The notes below the pieces were generated by a model. That model was not told the origin of the DNA. It ran no database searches and worked only from the letters and a program-made list of their open reading frames with translations. Of a stretch of 64,000 nucleotides of DNA, positions 28,189-41,919 are shown piece after piece. Source of the DNA: the human T2T-CHM13v2.0 reference genome, Homo sapiens; the NCBI RefSeq assembly GCF_009914755.1, contig NC_060934.1; one strand, given 5' to 3'. The first letter of the stretch is position 1, and each line of letters opens with the position of its first letter. The translations under genes were made by a program, and so were the position numbers.

Positions 28189-28589
28189 GTGAATTACAAG
28201 TCCAAGGTTGGACAGATGGTTGCTGGGCAGAAAAGAAAAAAAAAAGATCACATTCACGTTTACAAAGACTAGGACTTCTACATGTCTTTTGAGAGGACAC
28301 AACTCAAACCATAACAGGGTCCCATTCTATCAAATGACTGTTTAAGAAAGTGACACATTATTCTCATTCATTTAAAAAGCATAATTTTGTATTAGGAGTA
28401 TTATCCAACACTAATGAATGTGACCATCCAGATCCATTTAATGAAAAATAAATATTGAAAAAGTAGATATTAGGCTTATTTGTATTATCCCCAGGCTTTG
28501 TTTTATCTTTCATTGACAACATAGGCATCACATATTTCATTGATATGGCTTTTTATATCTATGAAATAGTCTCATATTGGTTGACATTC

Positions 28590-29910
28590 AACTTAATTCT
28601 ACTTTGTTCTTGAAAGCACAGTATTGAATATTCTAATGGCACTGTTCTGGACTTATTTTTCCTGATACATTTTCATAAGCACATTAGGCTTCTCTTGTCT
28701 AAAGATCATTAGCTCTTCCTTACACTTTTCTTTACATAAACCTCTCAGTTCTTTTCTAATGAATGGCACTGGTATCCACTCAATTTTACAAGTCAAGTGT
28801 CTGAGCCTCATCCTTGACAAGTCCCTGGCTCTCTCCTGTGTCCATTTGCTCACCAAATCCTGCCAATTTTACTTCATAATTTCCAAATCTGTTCAAATCA
28901 CTTAAGCCATCTCTCATGTGCACAACCTCAATTGCTCTCCCACACTCCTACATCCACTCTCACTTCCCACTAACTTAATCTCCACTTATAACCACAGCAA
29001 GTTTTCTTTTTTAATTAAGCCATGTCTCTCTTTAGCTGAGAAAACTGAATGAGAATTCAACTGTCTCTAGATAAAGATGAAAATCTCATGGCCGATTTCT
29101 AGGCTTGCCTTACTAGACTTACTGCCTTGTCTACCCGCTATGTATCTGATCTTGTTGTAGTCAGATCAGGCTGTTATAGCAAATATACCACAGATTGGCA
29201 GCTTAAACAACAACATTTATTTCTCACACTTCTGGAGGCTGGGAAAGCGAAGATCAAGGTACCTGCAGATCCAGTATCTGGGGTTGGCTCCTTTCTTCTT
29301 CGTGCCCTCACATGGCAGAGAGCAGAGAGAGGAAGCAGGCACCCTCCTGCCTTCTTAGAAGGGCTCTGATCCATTCATGAGGGCTCCTTTTTCATGACCT
29401 CCTTTCCTCTGCAAAGCCCCATCTCCTAGTACTATCACGCTGGGGATTTGGTTTCAGCATATGAACTTGGGGAGACACAAACCATCATCTGTAGCCAACC
29501 TCCAAGAATACTTTGGTTCTTTTCTTGGAAAGCACAGTGCACTTCTAGCCTTTGTAGTCTTGTATGAGCTACTTATTCAATCAGGAACACACCCCTCCCC
29601 ATTATCTCTCATTTTTCCTTCCTCTTAGTAAATATCTATTCCTATTTCATATCTCAGACCAATTATCGCTTTATTGACACATTGTCAATGGCTTCCCTGT
29701 CGTCATCCTCTCTTTTACATGCTCATAAAGGACACTTTATCTTCCTAGAAAACTTACAGCAATTATAAGTAAGTAAATGTGGAATTTACTGTTTGATACT
29801 TGTCTTCACCGATAGAATGTAAGTTCCAGGAGGACCACGATCTGGTTTGCTTCCTCATCATACTGTCCCCAGATTCTAGTATTTACCAGCATCTGTTGAG
29901 TGAATTAAGT
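28590..29910. mobile_element. L2 LINE 3' region, split by a MaLR LTR
   Basis: GAATGGCACTGGTATCCACTCA, CTCACCAAATCCTGCCAATTTTACTTC, TAGAATGTAAGTTCCAGGAGG, TGTTGAGTGAAT. Confidence 0.6.
29150..29497 (-). mobile_element. MaLR solo LTR (MST/MLT1A-type)
   Basis: CATTTATTTCTCACACTTCTGGAGGCTGGGAAAGCGAAGATCAAGGT...CATTCATGAGGGCTCC...CATATGAACTTGGGGAGACACAAAC. Confidence 0.8.
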
Positions 29911-32382
29911 ACTTGAGACTGAAACTTAAATAATTACAATTTCTATTCTCCTGTAATTCTCATAAAATTTTGCTCCTCGGTGTAGGCTTTCATGTGAGTC
30001 GTAGACAGTGTAAGAAATGTTTATTTATTTAAAGAAATGTATTATCACAAAGATCCAAATATTGAGGGAGACAGTACTTGTTTTGTAATCAAGGCGGGGT
30101 AGGAGAAGGTCTTCATGCTGACATCCAGGATGGAGTAGAATAATTCTCAATGGCTGTGTATCCCCTGAACAAAGCCTCTCTATTGAGAGGACACCTGAGT
30201 CTGAGAATATTTTTATTGTAGGTAAAAGAGTGCAGCAAAATGCAAGTAATTTATTTTCTGAAAATAGAAGTATAAATAATGTATTGAATATATGAAACAA
30301 AATTTGACATAACATACTTCTCCAATCCAATGGGAATTCAGGGCACTATTAACAATAAAATGGATGTATGGTATAAAAAAACAGCTTCAAAGGAATGAAT
30401 GCCCCATGCGTAGCCACAGTGTGTCCCTTGCAGTGCCACTGTCCCACCTCATGCTGATTACTTTCTTGGACACTGGGAGCTGTGGCCGAAGCTTTTGGAC
30501 AAGACCATTTTATCCAATCCACTTCCCTCTTTTAGAGAAGAGGGAGGTGTCTGATAGGAAAAGAGATAGAGACCAACTCCTATAACTAGTGTCACAACTT
30601 GTAATTTAACCAATGGAAAGAGATCTCTCATTCTTGGCCTTCTTCCTGAAAAGCTCAGTGCACTTCACTTATTTGTAATATTTAATGTTAACTTTTTACA
30701 TTCTGGTGAATCAAATGGAAAGCCTCTGCAAAGAAAATCATGGGGTCCATTTTCAGTATCTTTTTGTCATTTCAGGGGTCTCCTATCACTGGGTGCCCAG
30801 TGAGTTACTTAGTCTTAATTTGTTAGCTTTTTCTCAACTGAAAATTGGATGAAATTATTTATTTACTACAGAAGATTATAGTTAGGAATGCTTATTCCAT
30901 GCATATAGTGATCATTAAAGTTAGCTACTATTTCCCCCTACCAAAGACATGGATCATTTGAACTACACTGGCAAAGTCCAGCTGTACTAACCCACGGGAG
31001 AATCCTACTGTGTCTCCTGCCCTGGTCTTAAAAGGACTCTTCTCTTTTACACAATTGACTTTCTCATCAATAAACTTTTTTATATTTAGAAAGGAAGTTC
31101 TTCAGTTCTGACAGTGTACACAGCCAAGTCTATATGGTTACAATTTTTGAGGCAGATTAAGATGGTTCCAGAAATAAGGACTGATTATACTTCCTATAGA
31201 GAGCCAGCATAATCTGCCCATTGAAAGATTTACATAGAAAACAAAGTGGATTCATTCAGCTCTTTTTGGAGTTGTAAAGTTCCTGCTTTACCCTGAAGGT
31301 GTCAGAAAAAAAAAATAGGATGTTAGGGTATTGCACGAAGTGTTTGATAATAACAAACATCTTTGAAAATATGAATCTTTTCCTTTGCTTAGCTTTGAGA
31401 ATGAGAACATATGTCTTTGTAGATTCCTGACTTTCTGCATAAACATTTTATCTTTTGGAAAAAAAATATGAATTTCCTCTGATAATGCTCTGAGAACATT
31501 CTTAAAAGCCCTAGAGAGAAGGAAAAAAAATTAGTCTAAGAGCCTCATCCCCACAAGATTTTTCTGTTGATTTTTTAACAAGTATGACCTTCAGCAAATC
31601 TGGTAGCACGGTAACATGTACTAGGGCAGTGCCTTATTCCATGAAATAGAACTAAAAACAGCTGCTGCACAGTAAGTTCCAGAAAGGCGGGGCCTCTGTG
31701 CTTACCTGTGCTCATAACCCAGCCTGAGAACAGTCCGGACCATGCCTGGCAAATCACTTTTCTGTGTTTTCCCAACTTGGGCCAACATTCTCCTTGCAGG
31801 TACAAACAGGTAAGAAAGGAATTGGTGAGGCAGGAATATGATAAATCACAGAATAAAAAGGTGCTTTATTCGAGAACATTAACTTTACTCAAACACTTGG
31901 GAAAATAATTATTTTATTGTAAAGAGGAACCACATTATTAAGGATTAGAATGCAAAATGAACAACATTAGCATTGAATGAATTTGCAGTGGAAGGATTTC
32001 AGGATACTGATATGAGCCCCCAGCTGCTCAAGTTTTCATTTTTTATGGAGATCTGTCTGTTAAAATCAAACACCATAAACAGATCCCACGCCACAAACAC
32101 TGACCTTGTGCGCAGTCTTTCATGCTTTGGATTTGAGTTCTTGAGAAATTAGCATAATAGATAGTCTAAATGGTCACAACACAAACCTTATTGGACTGGA
32201 AATTTGGGGTATTAAAGAGACCCTATAGGTAAGTGTTATGTTCAGGCCACTGGCTATTTATCCCTAAATAAATTAGAACATCAGTATATTGAATTGTAAT
32301 ATAGTAACTTTTTAAAAGTTAGCTGTGAAAGCAATGCTTTAACTGTTGAATTCAACATTCATTATGGTAGGATTGAAAACTA

Positions 32383-33314
32383 TTCCTATTGGCTTCCTAT
32401 TGCCTCATAACAAAATACCACAAACACGGCAGCTAAACAAGATAACCATTTATTAATTCTCAGTTGTATAGATTAGAAATCTGGGTAGAGTCTGCTGACT
32501 TATCTACATAGGATTTTACAAAGCTGAGCTCAATGTGTTGGCCAGACTGGGCTCTTTCCTTACAGCCCAGGAGAAGATCCATTTCCAAATGCATTCTGTT
32601 GTTGGCAGAATTCAGGTCCTTGTGATTGTTGGACTGAGCTCTTGTATTCTTTTTTTTTTTTTTTTTTGCTGGTTGCCAGAAGGAGGCTGTGCTCAGCTCC
32701 TGGTGCCCCCCCTCCCACTCCACGTTCCTTGGCACATGGCCCCCTTCATCAAGGGAGTCCCCTTATGCTGTCAATTGCTTCCTGTATGCCTGCTGCCAGC
32801 CAGGGAAACCTCTCTACTTCTTCTGTAATTAGGCCATCCCCACCTACTGGCTCTCCTTATCTCAAGGTACTTGATGTAGGACTTTCTAGGATCTTTAAAC
32901 CAACCCCCAAGCCTAGCAGGATGCAGACTGGTGTTTGATTGAATAACCAGTAGAGAGAATCTTTATCTGGGGTTGGGGCATCTTTAGAATACTGCATTTG
33001 GCTGGGTGCAGTGGTTCATGCCTGTAATCCCAGTACTTTAGGAGATTGAGACAGGAGTGTCACTTGAGCCCAGGAGTTCCACAACAGCTTGAGCAAAAAG
33101 CAAGACCCTACATCTACAAAAAATAAAAAATCAGCCTGGCATGGTAGTGGATGCCTGTAGTACTAGCTACTTGGGAGGCTGAGGCAGGAGGATCACTGAG
33201 CCCAGGAGTTTGAGGCTACAGTAAGTTAGGATCTTGCTGCTGCACTGCAGCCTGGGAGATGGAGTGAGACTCTGTCTCTGAAAAGAGAGAAAATCAAGAA
33301 TTCTCCCTGGCACA
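32383..33314 (-). mobile_element. MLT1 (E/F-type) LTR containing an AluJ
   Basis: CTATTGCCTCATAACAAAATACCACAAAC...TGTTGGCAGAATTCAG...GGGCATCTTTAGAAT | AGAATTCTCCCTGGCACA. Confidence 0.7.
33000..33293 (+). mobile_element. AluJ, full length
   Basis: CACTTGAGCCCAGGAGTT-type motif in both arms; diverged. Confidence 0.92.
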
Positions 33315-33422
33315 CAGCACACCAGTTCACATCTACAAGCAGACATTTTGTTAGAGGGACATAAGGAAGACCTAAGATTGGGTGAAAAGAGACAACAACC
33401 AGGCTCTGGAAGTTACAGTGAT

Positions 33423-34100
33423 TGTCAAGGGAAAAATGATGAGGTTCATAAATTTGGAGAGGAGAGCTTTATTTCCCATGAAGGCTTTCATCTTACAGGG
33501 CAGCCTATAAGGCTGAGAAGAGTAGCCTTGGGTCAGAAGCCAGAAACAGGCACATTCAGGGTAGGAAGAATAAGACAAGAATTTATGTTGAACAGGGTGG
33601 CCCAATATCCATCTTCAGTAAGCCAAAGGAGGAGCATGAATATTTATGAAAGGACAAACGTGCATGAACAATTGAGCTTCATGCCTCTTCATGGGTCATA
33701 TGTTCAAAACATGGCAGCATTAACATGAGCTGAGGGTGGATTTTTCAGCCCTCTGACTTCTAAAGGATGAAGCAGAGGACACAAGAACTCCCTGTCATCA
33801 GTGCTGTCTTATCAGGAAGGTGCGCTGGTCAGCTGTGTGGAAGCCACAAAAGGCACTCCTGAGTTGTTGAAATCAGTGGTGGAGTCTTTGCAAAGGGCTG
33901 GTTTCTGGTCAACTCTTTGCAACGGGCTGATTGAAAAAAGCCTAATGACGATCAACGAGGCAGGGGGTATAACAAGGCATTTCCAACCTCCTATCCCATC
34001 AGAGCTGGAATCTCCATTTTTAAGGTTTCCTGGAGTCCCCTTGGCCAAGAGGGGGTCTGTTCAGTTAGCTGGGGGCTTCGGATTGTATTTTTATTTCTCA
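33423..34100 (-). mobile_element. MER4-group ERV1 solo LTR (MER4/MER83-like)
   Basis: Minus strand starts TGAGAAATAAAAATACAATCCGAAGCCCCCAGCTAACTGAACAGACCCCCTCTTGGCCAAGGGGAC, has an AATAAA near its 3' end and ends TGACA. Confidence 0.75.
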
Positions 34101-35166
34101 GGATCCAGGAAGGAACATGTCAGTCATCATTGCTGCATCACTGATGGGGACTCCAATAATTCTTACTCTTCTTGTCATGCTGGTCATGGACAGAATAACA
34201 GGTGTTATTAACAGTGCCTTGTGCACTAACTAGGGTCACACAGATCATCTTCTTTACAAATTATTGACAATGGTTTCTACTGTAAATGTATTGAGTGAAA
34301 TGGAAGAGGACAAAGTAGTCACTTCTCACTGTGTCTAGCACAGGGCATGTCCTCATAACTGTCTAATCTCTTTTTATTATCAATGGTACTGACCTAGACC
34401 GGTAAATAAAAGTAAGTGCAAGTATTAAGTTTATGATAAAATTATGTGAAAATATCTATGCCATACTCTTGAAATTTCAACATCATTTAATCTGCAATGT
34501 CCATGGTTATACATGGTAGAAATGTCCTTTAAGAAGGGCACACATGATTTCTGTAATCACAGAAATCTGAGTGTAGTTGTCACGTCAGGTACGTTATCAA
34601 ATCTCCCTATATATAAAATACTTTTCTCATCTGTGGCCTCCTAAGGTTCGTATGAAAATCAAAATGTTTTAAGATAATGGTTTTAAACTCTTTACCCCGG
34701 TGCTTGATGCCTACCAAATAATAAAAATTAGATATTTCAAATATTATAATCATGAGTGCACTATATATGTGATCTTAACAGCAATATTGATGGATCCCTA
34801 AAAAGGAAAAGCATTAGGACAATCGGTAGCTCTATCGCAAGACTATTTTTAATTATAGCACTCTAAAAATAGCTGCTGCAATTACTCTGAACCTGACGGT
34901 GCTCTGAAGACTTGCAGTGCAGGGTTATGCTAATCAGGAGAGCTCTCAGTCCAATGAGATATCACTTTAGGCTAACAACAAGCATGAATTAAGAGCCCAC
35001 AGTATGTAGCCTCACATCTTGAAATTATTGTTGCTGCTATTTGTGGTAGTTTAGAACAGGGGTGGGATGCATGTCTCATTTGCTGGTGAATAAAATTGAA
35101 GTGCCTGCTGAAAAAGAAACAGGGTTTCCAGATCATTGGCCTGGTAGGAAAATCTGTCCTCTGTGA

Positions 35167-35659
<493 letters not shown>

Positions 35660-36484
35660 TAATCATTTTTCTGCCTAAAATACTTTAATTTTTTTAAGAG
35701 TTGCTTAGGCCTTAAGAGAAATATTTTCTGTAATCCCCTCCAGTCAAATGTCTCTAATTTCTCATCTCCACTGCCACTGGAATAAGCATGATGACAGAGA
35801 GGTTGGATCGTATTACCACCTCTTTGTAACTGCTCCACACCAAATGCCATGTAAAATCTGCCTGTACTTCTCAATGTAAGTTTTCCCTTGATTCACACTA
35901 CCTAGGTGTACTCGCCCATAAAAACCTACATCCTACAGTGCTACTCACTATATTATAGGAGCACACCTCTGTGCCTTTGTTAGTATCATTCTTGAACTCT
36001 CAGTTCAAACACCTTGTCTTTCATGAGTCTTTTCATCCAACTTTTTAAACTTGAACTTCATTCTTCATCACCATTAAGATCACACAATATTTTGCATTCC
36101 ATGAATGAATCCAGAAGGACTTGTATAGTGTGGCATTGCAAGAGACCCTTCCTAGTTGTAAATTCACTCAGTGCCCAAAACAAGTTATGGCATCAGTAGC
36201 TACTTCAACTTGACGGGCCAGGATGGAACTGCAGAAGGCGTAAGGGAGCAAGCAGATAGACAATAGAGGGCATCTGATGGAATACTTTAGACTCCAAGTG
36301 TTTTTCAAATATCACTGAAAGAAGACTGAAATGGACTAGATGCTTTTGATTTCACGCTTGTGTATGGTTTTGCCATGTATAAATACATGTTTTACTCAAT
36401 GTTCCAGAGCAGCTCTGTGAGACCACTGGAAGACATACCTGCAGAAGTGGTTTCTATTCATTCATTCTTTTATTCACTTAAACA

Positions 36485-37750
36485 AATTGTGATTTTTGAC
36501 CACACTTGCCACAGTGTGTTTTATAAGTTGTCACCAAAATTCAAAAGCAATAGTCAGTAAACCTGCTGGCTTCTTAGTACAAACCAAGGCAGTGGCCCTA
36601 CCCAGCAGCCAGCAGCCACTGGATTCCCCTGTGCTCTGCACTCAGAGAAAGGGGGAAATGCCTGCTAAGGATGGCCCTGATGAAGCAGTAAAAATGATTT
36701 TATTAAATCTTGACCCTTGAGTACATTTCTTTTAATTATTTTGAGTGACAAAATAGGAAGTGCAGTCAAGTATTTCAGCTTTACTAAGACACAATATCCT
36801 GAGGAAAATCACCTATTGGGCAGAGTTCCAAAGTCAACCAGTTCTCTTTCCATGGGACCTTGTTTTTACTTGAAAAACGACTAACAGTCAAAAGTGCAGA
36901 TATCCAGACTTGGGTTTTTGGTAGACATTTTTTTTGAAAGTGAGCCTTTCACTACAAAACAAAACACAACAAAACTGGCAGTGACGTAATCGGAGCTTTC
37001 AAGTGAAAATTAAATTTTAGAAAACTTGTATCTGCTATCATGAACTTGAGAGATTTCTGATACTTAAAGGCTTTTTTCGACAAGGTCAGTGTTTATATTA
37101 ACAAATATAATCTTTTTGAAATTATAAAATTAAGCATTTCAATATTTAAAACATCTTTATAAGTCAAAGAACATATTTTGTAGATTACAAAAGCATGATG
37201 TCATACAACCAAGATTATAAAAAAATTCATTGATTCATTAATATGATTTCAGTTTTGCATCACAACTAATCTTAAAGAAATGACCAGTTGTTGAGTTTTG
37301 GTATAGTATCAGAGAAGAATATCCACAACTGTATGCATTAGCTATTAAAATACTTCTTGTATTTCCAACTACATGTCTTGGGGGTCAGGATTTTCTTCAG
37401 ATACTTCAACAGAAACAAAGCATTGAACAGGTTGAATGCTGATGCATTCATGAAACTCCAGCAGTCTTTCATTAATCAAGAGTTTTGCAAGCATACAAGT
37501 GTTATGCTTAATAATGCATGCATGTGTTGGAAAATAACTACTTTTATTGAAAATATCATTTACATTAACCTGTAATATTTTTATAATGGTTATTTTTAAA
37601 ATATCAAATATTTTTGAATCCTCAGTTTTAATTTCTAACAGATTACACAAAGATAAGTGTAACTCATATTAACAAAACATTTTGGGGGGTCCTCCATAAG
37701 TTTAAAGCATGTAAAGGAATTTCAAGTTCACATATTTTGAGAACTGTTGG
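36485..37750 (+). mobile_element. Charlie1-like hAT DNA transposon remnant
   Basis: CAAGGCAGTGGC...TGATGAAGCAGTAAAAAT...TTATTAAATCTTGACCCTTGAGTAC...CAGACTTGGG...GTATAGTATCAGAGAAGAATATCCACAA...TTTGAGAACTG. Confidence 0.75.
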
Positions 37751-39294
37751 CATATGCCAAGGAGACGATAGCCATATGGTATATATGAGAAGTGCTTTGA
37801 AATCTTTGATGTCCAAGAAGTTCTTCCAAACCAGATGGTTGTCATAAAGACTGAAATTTCATTCTGAAAAATGCTTTTCATCTGGTTCAGAATTGTTCTC
37901 TCCGGGTGACTCTTGCTAAACCATTCTGAATTAAATTATTTGTCTTGAATTGGGTGCTATGGTGGAAGGAGCTGAAACATTAGAGGAAAGATAGAGTCTG
38001 TTCCAAAAGCTTTTTCCTAGTGCCTACTTGATGGTAATTTAAAGGAAGTTTTCAAAAGGCATCTGTCTTAGCTGGCTCCTTTGTAAAGTAGGGAGATGGA
38101 ATATCACAGGTGTATTTTGTTGCTAAATGTGATGATATACATGAAAACGTCTGCTACCAAAGGGGCCGCCAATGCGTACATGTGTATTCTCTCCTGTTTC
38201 ATCACAAGGTCAATTAGACCCCTGGACCATTTTACTGAGAAGTAGGACCTGGTTGCAGGGTGATGGCCCCAGATAGAAGATGAGAAAGGGAATTGACAAA
38301 AAAACCATGGGATGGGTAGGATGACTGTTCCTCATCATCACAGTTTCCAACTCCTAGGATGAGGGGACAGTTTCCTTTCATGCGTTGTATGTCAGCTCAC
38401 CTTCCTTTCTCTTTATCCTCCCTCCAGTCTTCCACGGCTCCTTACATCATCACATGAAACCTTTCCTTTGCTATGCGTTCCCAATGTTTCCTCACATGAA
38501 ACATTTCCCTTATGATGAGTTCTGAATGTTTCCACAGTATAGATTTCAGATGCTCTTGAAGGAATCTCCTTTTTAATAATTTAATCTGTCAGAGTACATA
38601 GAATCTGAGCGATTCACAGTTGTCTCTTTCAGTACAGTTCAGCCCAAATCTCGTTGTTTGTTGAAACCTTGAAGCAATGATTGGCTTTAGTCATAGCATA
38701 CAAAACCATGAGACTGAACCAATATTAAGTCTTTGTTTATGTAGATTATTAAAAGGGAAATCAAACGTATGTGATCTCAACCTGCATTTAGCCCTTTTTA
38801 ATACTTGTGTTACTCGTTCCTGAACAAGGATAGTATATGAGCTTCACCCTACTTATGCGGTAAAATTAAGATTTTTCCAAGCGTAAAAGGTCATAAAATG
38901 AGCTAACTGCAGAAGTGCCTTATTAATGAAAAGATGTCAAATTAGTAGATATAAAATGAATAGCCATTATCTAACAAGTGATGTTTTTAAAATATTTTAA
39001 AATTATAATATAAATACATGGCTATAGTAAAACATCTAGAGAACATAGTATTTTAAATATGACAGGCTTTATTAAAATAGTATTTTTCATTGAATGTACT
39101 GATTGGTAAATTATAAGGAATGGAAGCAAAAAAAAAGAATGGAAGGTTGGACAGTCATCGTATTAGAGCCAAATGTTATTAGAGCTTTGAGGCATAAAAT
39201 ATGTAAATTTAGCAATAAGACATGACTGAATTTGAATCTCTGTCCATCCCATAAACATGTACTAAATTTAGATATACCAATATAACAATATTTT

Positions 39295-39400
39295 GTATAT
39301 ATATGTAACATACGTATACACACACAACACATATATAATATATACACACACATGCATGCACACACACACATATATATATATGCATACATATATAAATGTA
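39295..39400. repeat. Compound (TA)n/(CA)n microsatellite
   Basis: Seen directly. Confidence 0.9.
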
Positions 39401-39476
39401 TAAAACCTTGGACAAGTTACTCCCTTCTTCACTTCTTTCAGCCTAACAATTTTTCCTCCATAAAAACAGAGGTACT

Positions 39477-39775
39477 GGCTAGGGCTGTGGCTCACACTTG
39501 TAATCCCAGCCCTTTGGGAGGCTGAGGCAGGAGAATCACTTGAGTCCGGAAGTTACACACCAGCGTGGACACCACAGTGAGACCCTGTCTCAAAAAAAAA
39601 AATTAAATAGCTAGGCATGATGGCTTATGCCTGCAGTTCCAGCTACTTAGGAGGCTGAGGTAGGAGGATCACTTGAGCCCAAGAGTTCACAGCTGCAGTG
39701 AGCTAGGATCATGCCACTGCACTCTAGCCCAGGTAACAGAGTAAAACCATGCCTCAAAACAAAAACAAAAACAAA
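39477..39775 (+). mobile_element. AluJ inserted in a MIR (MIR ~39403-39476 and ~39780-39880)
   Basis: GGATCACTTGAGCCCAAGAG J-type arm. Flanks ACCTTGGACAAGTTACT...TTTTCCTCCATAAAA are MIR core. Confidence 0.9.
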
Positions 39776-40034
39776 CCCACAGATACCAATACAATTACTA
39801 TCTGTGCATGTCTGTAGAGACTAAAGTGTTAAAAGAGATAAACTTTGTGTCTGGTACATTACAAGCTTGATAAATATTATTTTCTCTTTAGCTCCATTAT
39901 TTCTAATAAATTAATGGGAAGTTTAGGATGTATGCACTAATGATTATCATAAAGTTTAAAGTGTGCTTTTGTTTGGTTTGTTTCTATCTATTGATCAGAT
40001 GGTTAGAGTCACTCTATAGTTGGGCCTTAATAAT

Positions 40035-40140
40035 GTGTGTAGTATGTGTGTGAGAAAAACAGAGAGAGATATGGGGGAGACAGCTGAGAGAGAAAGAGGG
40101 GGAAAAAGAGACTAAGAGAAAGAGAGAAAGAGTGTGCATA
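40035..40140. repeat. TG/GA-rich low-complexity tract
   Basis: Seen directly. Confidence 0.7.
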
Positions 40141-41919
40141 GGGGGTGCATAAACTGACATCTACAAGAACACAGTCAACTAATTCCCTGTGTCTTTTACT
40201 GAAACAATCAGGCAGTTGTGTCTCTTCTTCCACACCACTGTTCAGTAATGTGTTTACTCATTGCTTCCCAAGATTATAGCTTTGCACTGCAGCATCGAAG
40301 GGAAATTGCCACTCTCCTGTGTTTTTACTGGAAGGCAAGTACGGTGGAGAGAGCCAAAACTCCACTGGAGGCTACAGATGTTTTGAGAGCGTAAGCAGAT
40401 TTTCACAGCTTCCAAGTACCGAACAGTCCTTGCTAAACATCTTTTTATGTGCAATGATTGAAAATTTTCATGGGAATAATTTTCCAGTTGAAAGAATAAA
40501 AGCAAAAACAATCATAATGAGAAACAATGAAAATCCCTTTTACATCTGAAGGTTTTGTGTGCCGTCATTTTATCATGTGAGTGTTTTGAGTGATGGGCTA
40601 GCAGGAGATGTTTTAATCTCTGTAAGCCACTTAACCTTTTTGTACCTCATTGAAGGATATTAACACCTATCTCTCAATGTGTGTCATTATTTCTTATGTT
40701 CCTTGAAAATATAAAATATTTTGTCTGCAGTTATTATACTTAAGATCTATAGGTTTCTCTTTTCTGTGACCCCTGCTAAAAGAGAATTATCAGAACACTA
40801 TCTTTCTGAATCTAAGGAGAATTTTGTAAGAAACACATTATGTCTTTTCAAAAATCTTTAAACAGCTGCGGTTGATCCGAGAGAAGGCGGCATCTATCGG
40901 GCAGCTGATGAAAGTGTGTCGTGGAAAGGACCTAAGCTATGTCTGCACCCAAACAGACTCTCTTTGTTCTCGGAGGATTAGATAGTGCAGCCAGTATGTG
41001 GCTACTTGGAAAGGGTGGGTGGGCGAAGGAAGAAAAAAAAAAGATATTTGTTATAATATTGGTGCATGTAATATTGATGGGAATAGAACCAAACAGAAAC
41101 TAGTGACTCGGTGTCATGCAGGAGGCTCCTGACCAACAGTGTTCTGTGGATGTGTTTTTATCAAAGCAGGCACTGGGGGAAGTGGTCCAGCCGCGGAATG
41201 CCATCGTCATCTGATCACCCTGCGCTTCTGAGTCAGTGGGCCTGGCAGAACCAAGGGCACTTCAGAGAGTCTTATTGGAACAGTAAGTTTCCATGTGTCC
41301 AGATGACATCACCCTCAGCAGGCCTGAAGGGAAGGAATGGGCCAGAGAGTAGCCCGCAAAAAGATTTGTTTGATTTCCAACAGGAGCCCCAAAATTGGGC
41401 ATTTATTTCAGGGCTTAAAAAATAATAGCATTGAAATAATAAGTAGGTGGTAGGATGACAATTTTAGAGACCCTGATGCCTTTTTTGTGAATAACTTTAA
41501 GAGTGCTGTCCTTTTGTTTTTCTTGGCTGCCAATATTAGCATAGGAAGTACACAAAACTGGAGGGGGACTCCATCTTGCTGTGAATATAGAATTGTGGAC
41601 AGGTATTTGTTGGGGAAAGCTGTTGATGCCCAAAGAGAGGAGCCTAGAAATAAAAGTCACATTTCTCTTTAAAGCTTTTCCTCTGCCTATGAGCCACCTC
41701 TCCTCATTCAGACAACCAGGTGGTTCTCAGAGAGATAACTATGGCTGCATCTAAAGCTCTGGCATGTTTCGTTGAATATACTTTTTCCAGTGCCTCTCCT
41801 TTCCCTTTTATGCCCATTTCAAAGCTTTCCTCATTTATACATCAAATCTTCATAGCCTTCACAGTCATACTTCTACACAATACAGAATTTGCTTAATACA
41901 TATTTTCCCCAAAAAACAC

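Larger units (their letters stand above)
27537..28316 (-). mobile_element. MLT1 (C/D-type) LTR interrupted at ~27896-28245
   Basis: TGTATTAGT...CTCACAGTTCTGGAAGCCAGAAG...ATCCTATTTCC | GATCACATTCAC...CCATAACA. Confidence 0.8.

Noticed and set aside
33348-34211. 126-aa and 136-aa ORFs
   Set aside because: They lie largely antisense within a MER4-group LTR and show no gag/pol/env motifs.
36485-37750. Intact or domesticated hAT transposase
   Set aside because: The Charlie1-like remnant has only short broken ORFs.
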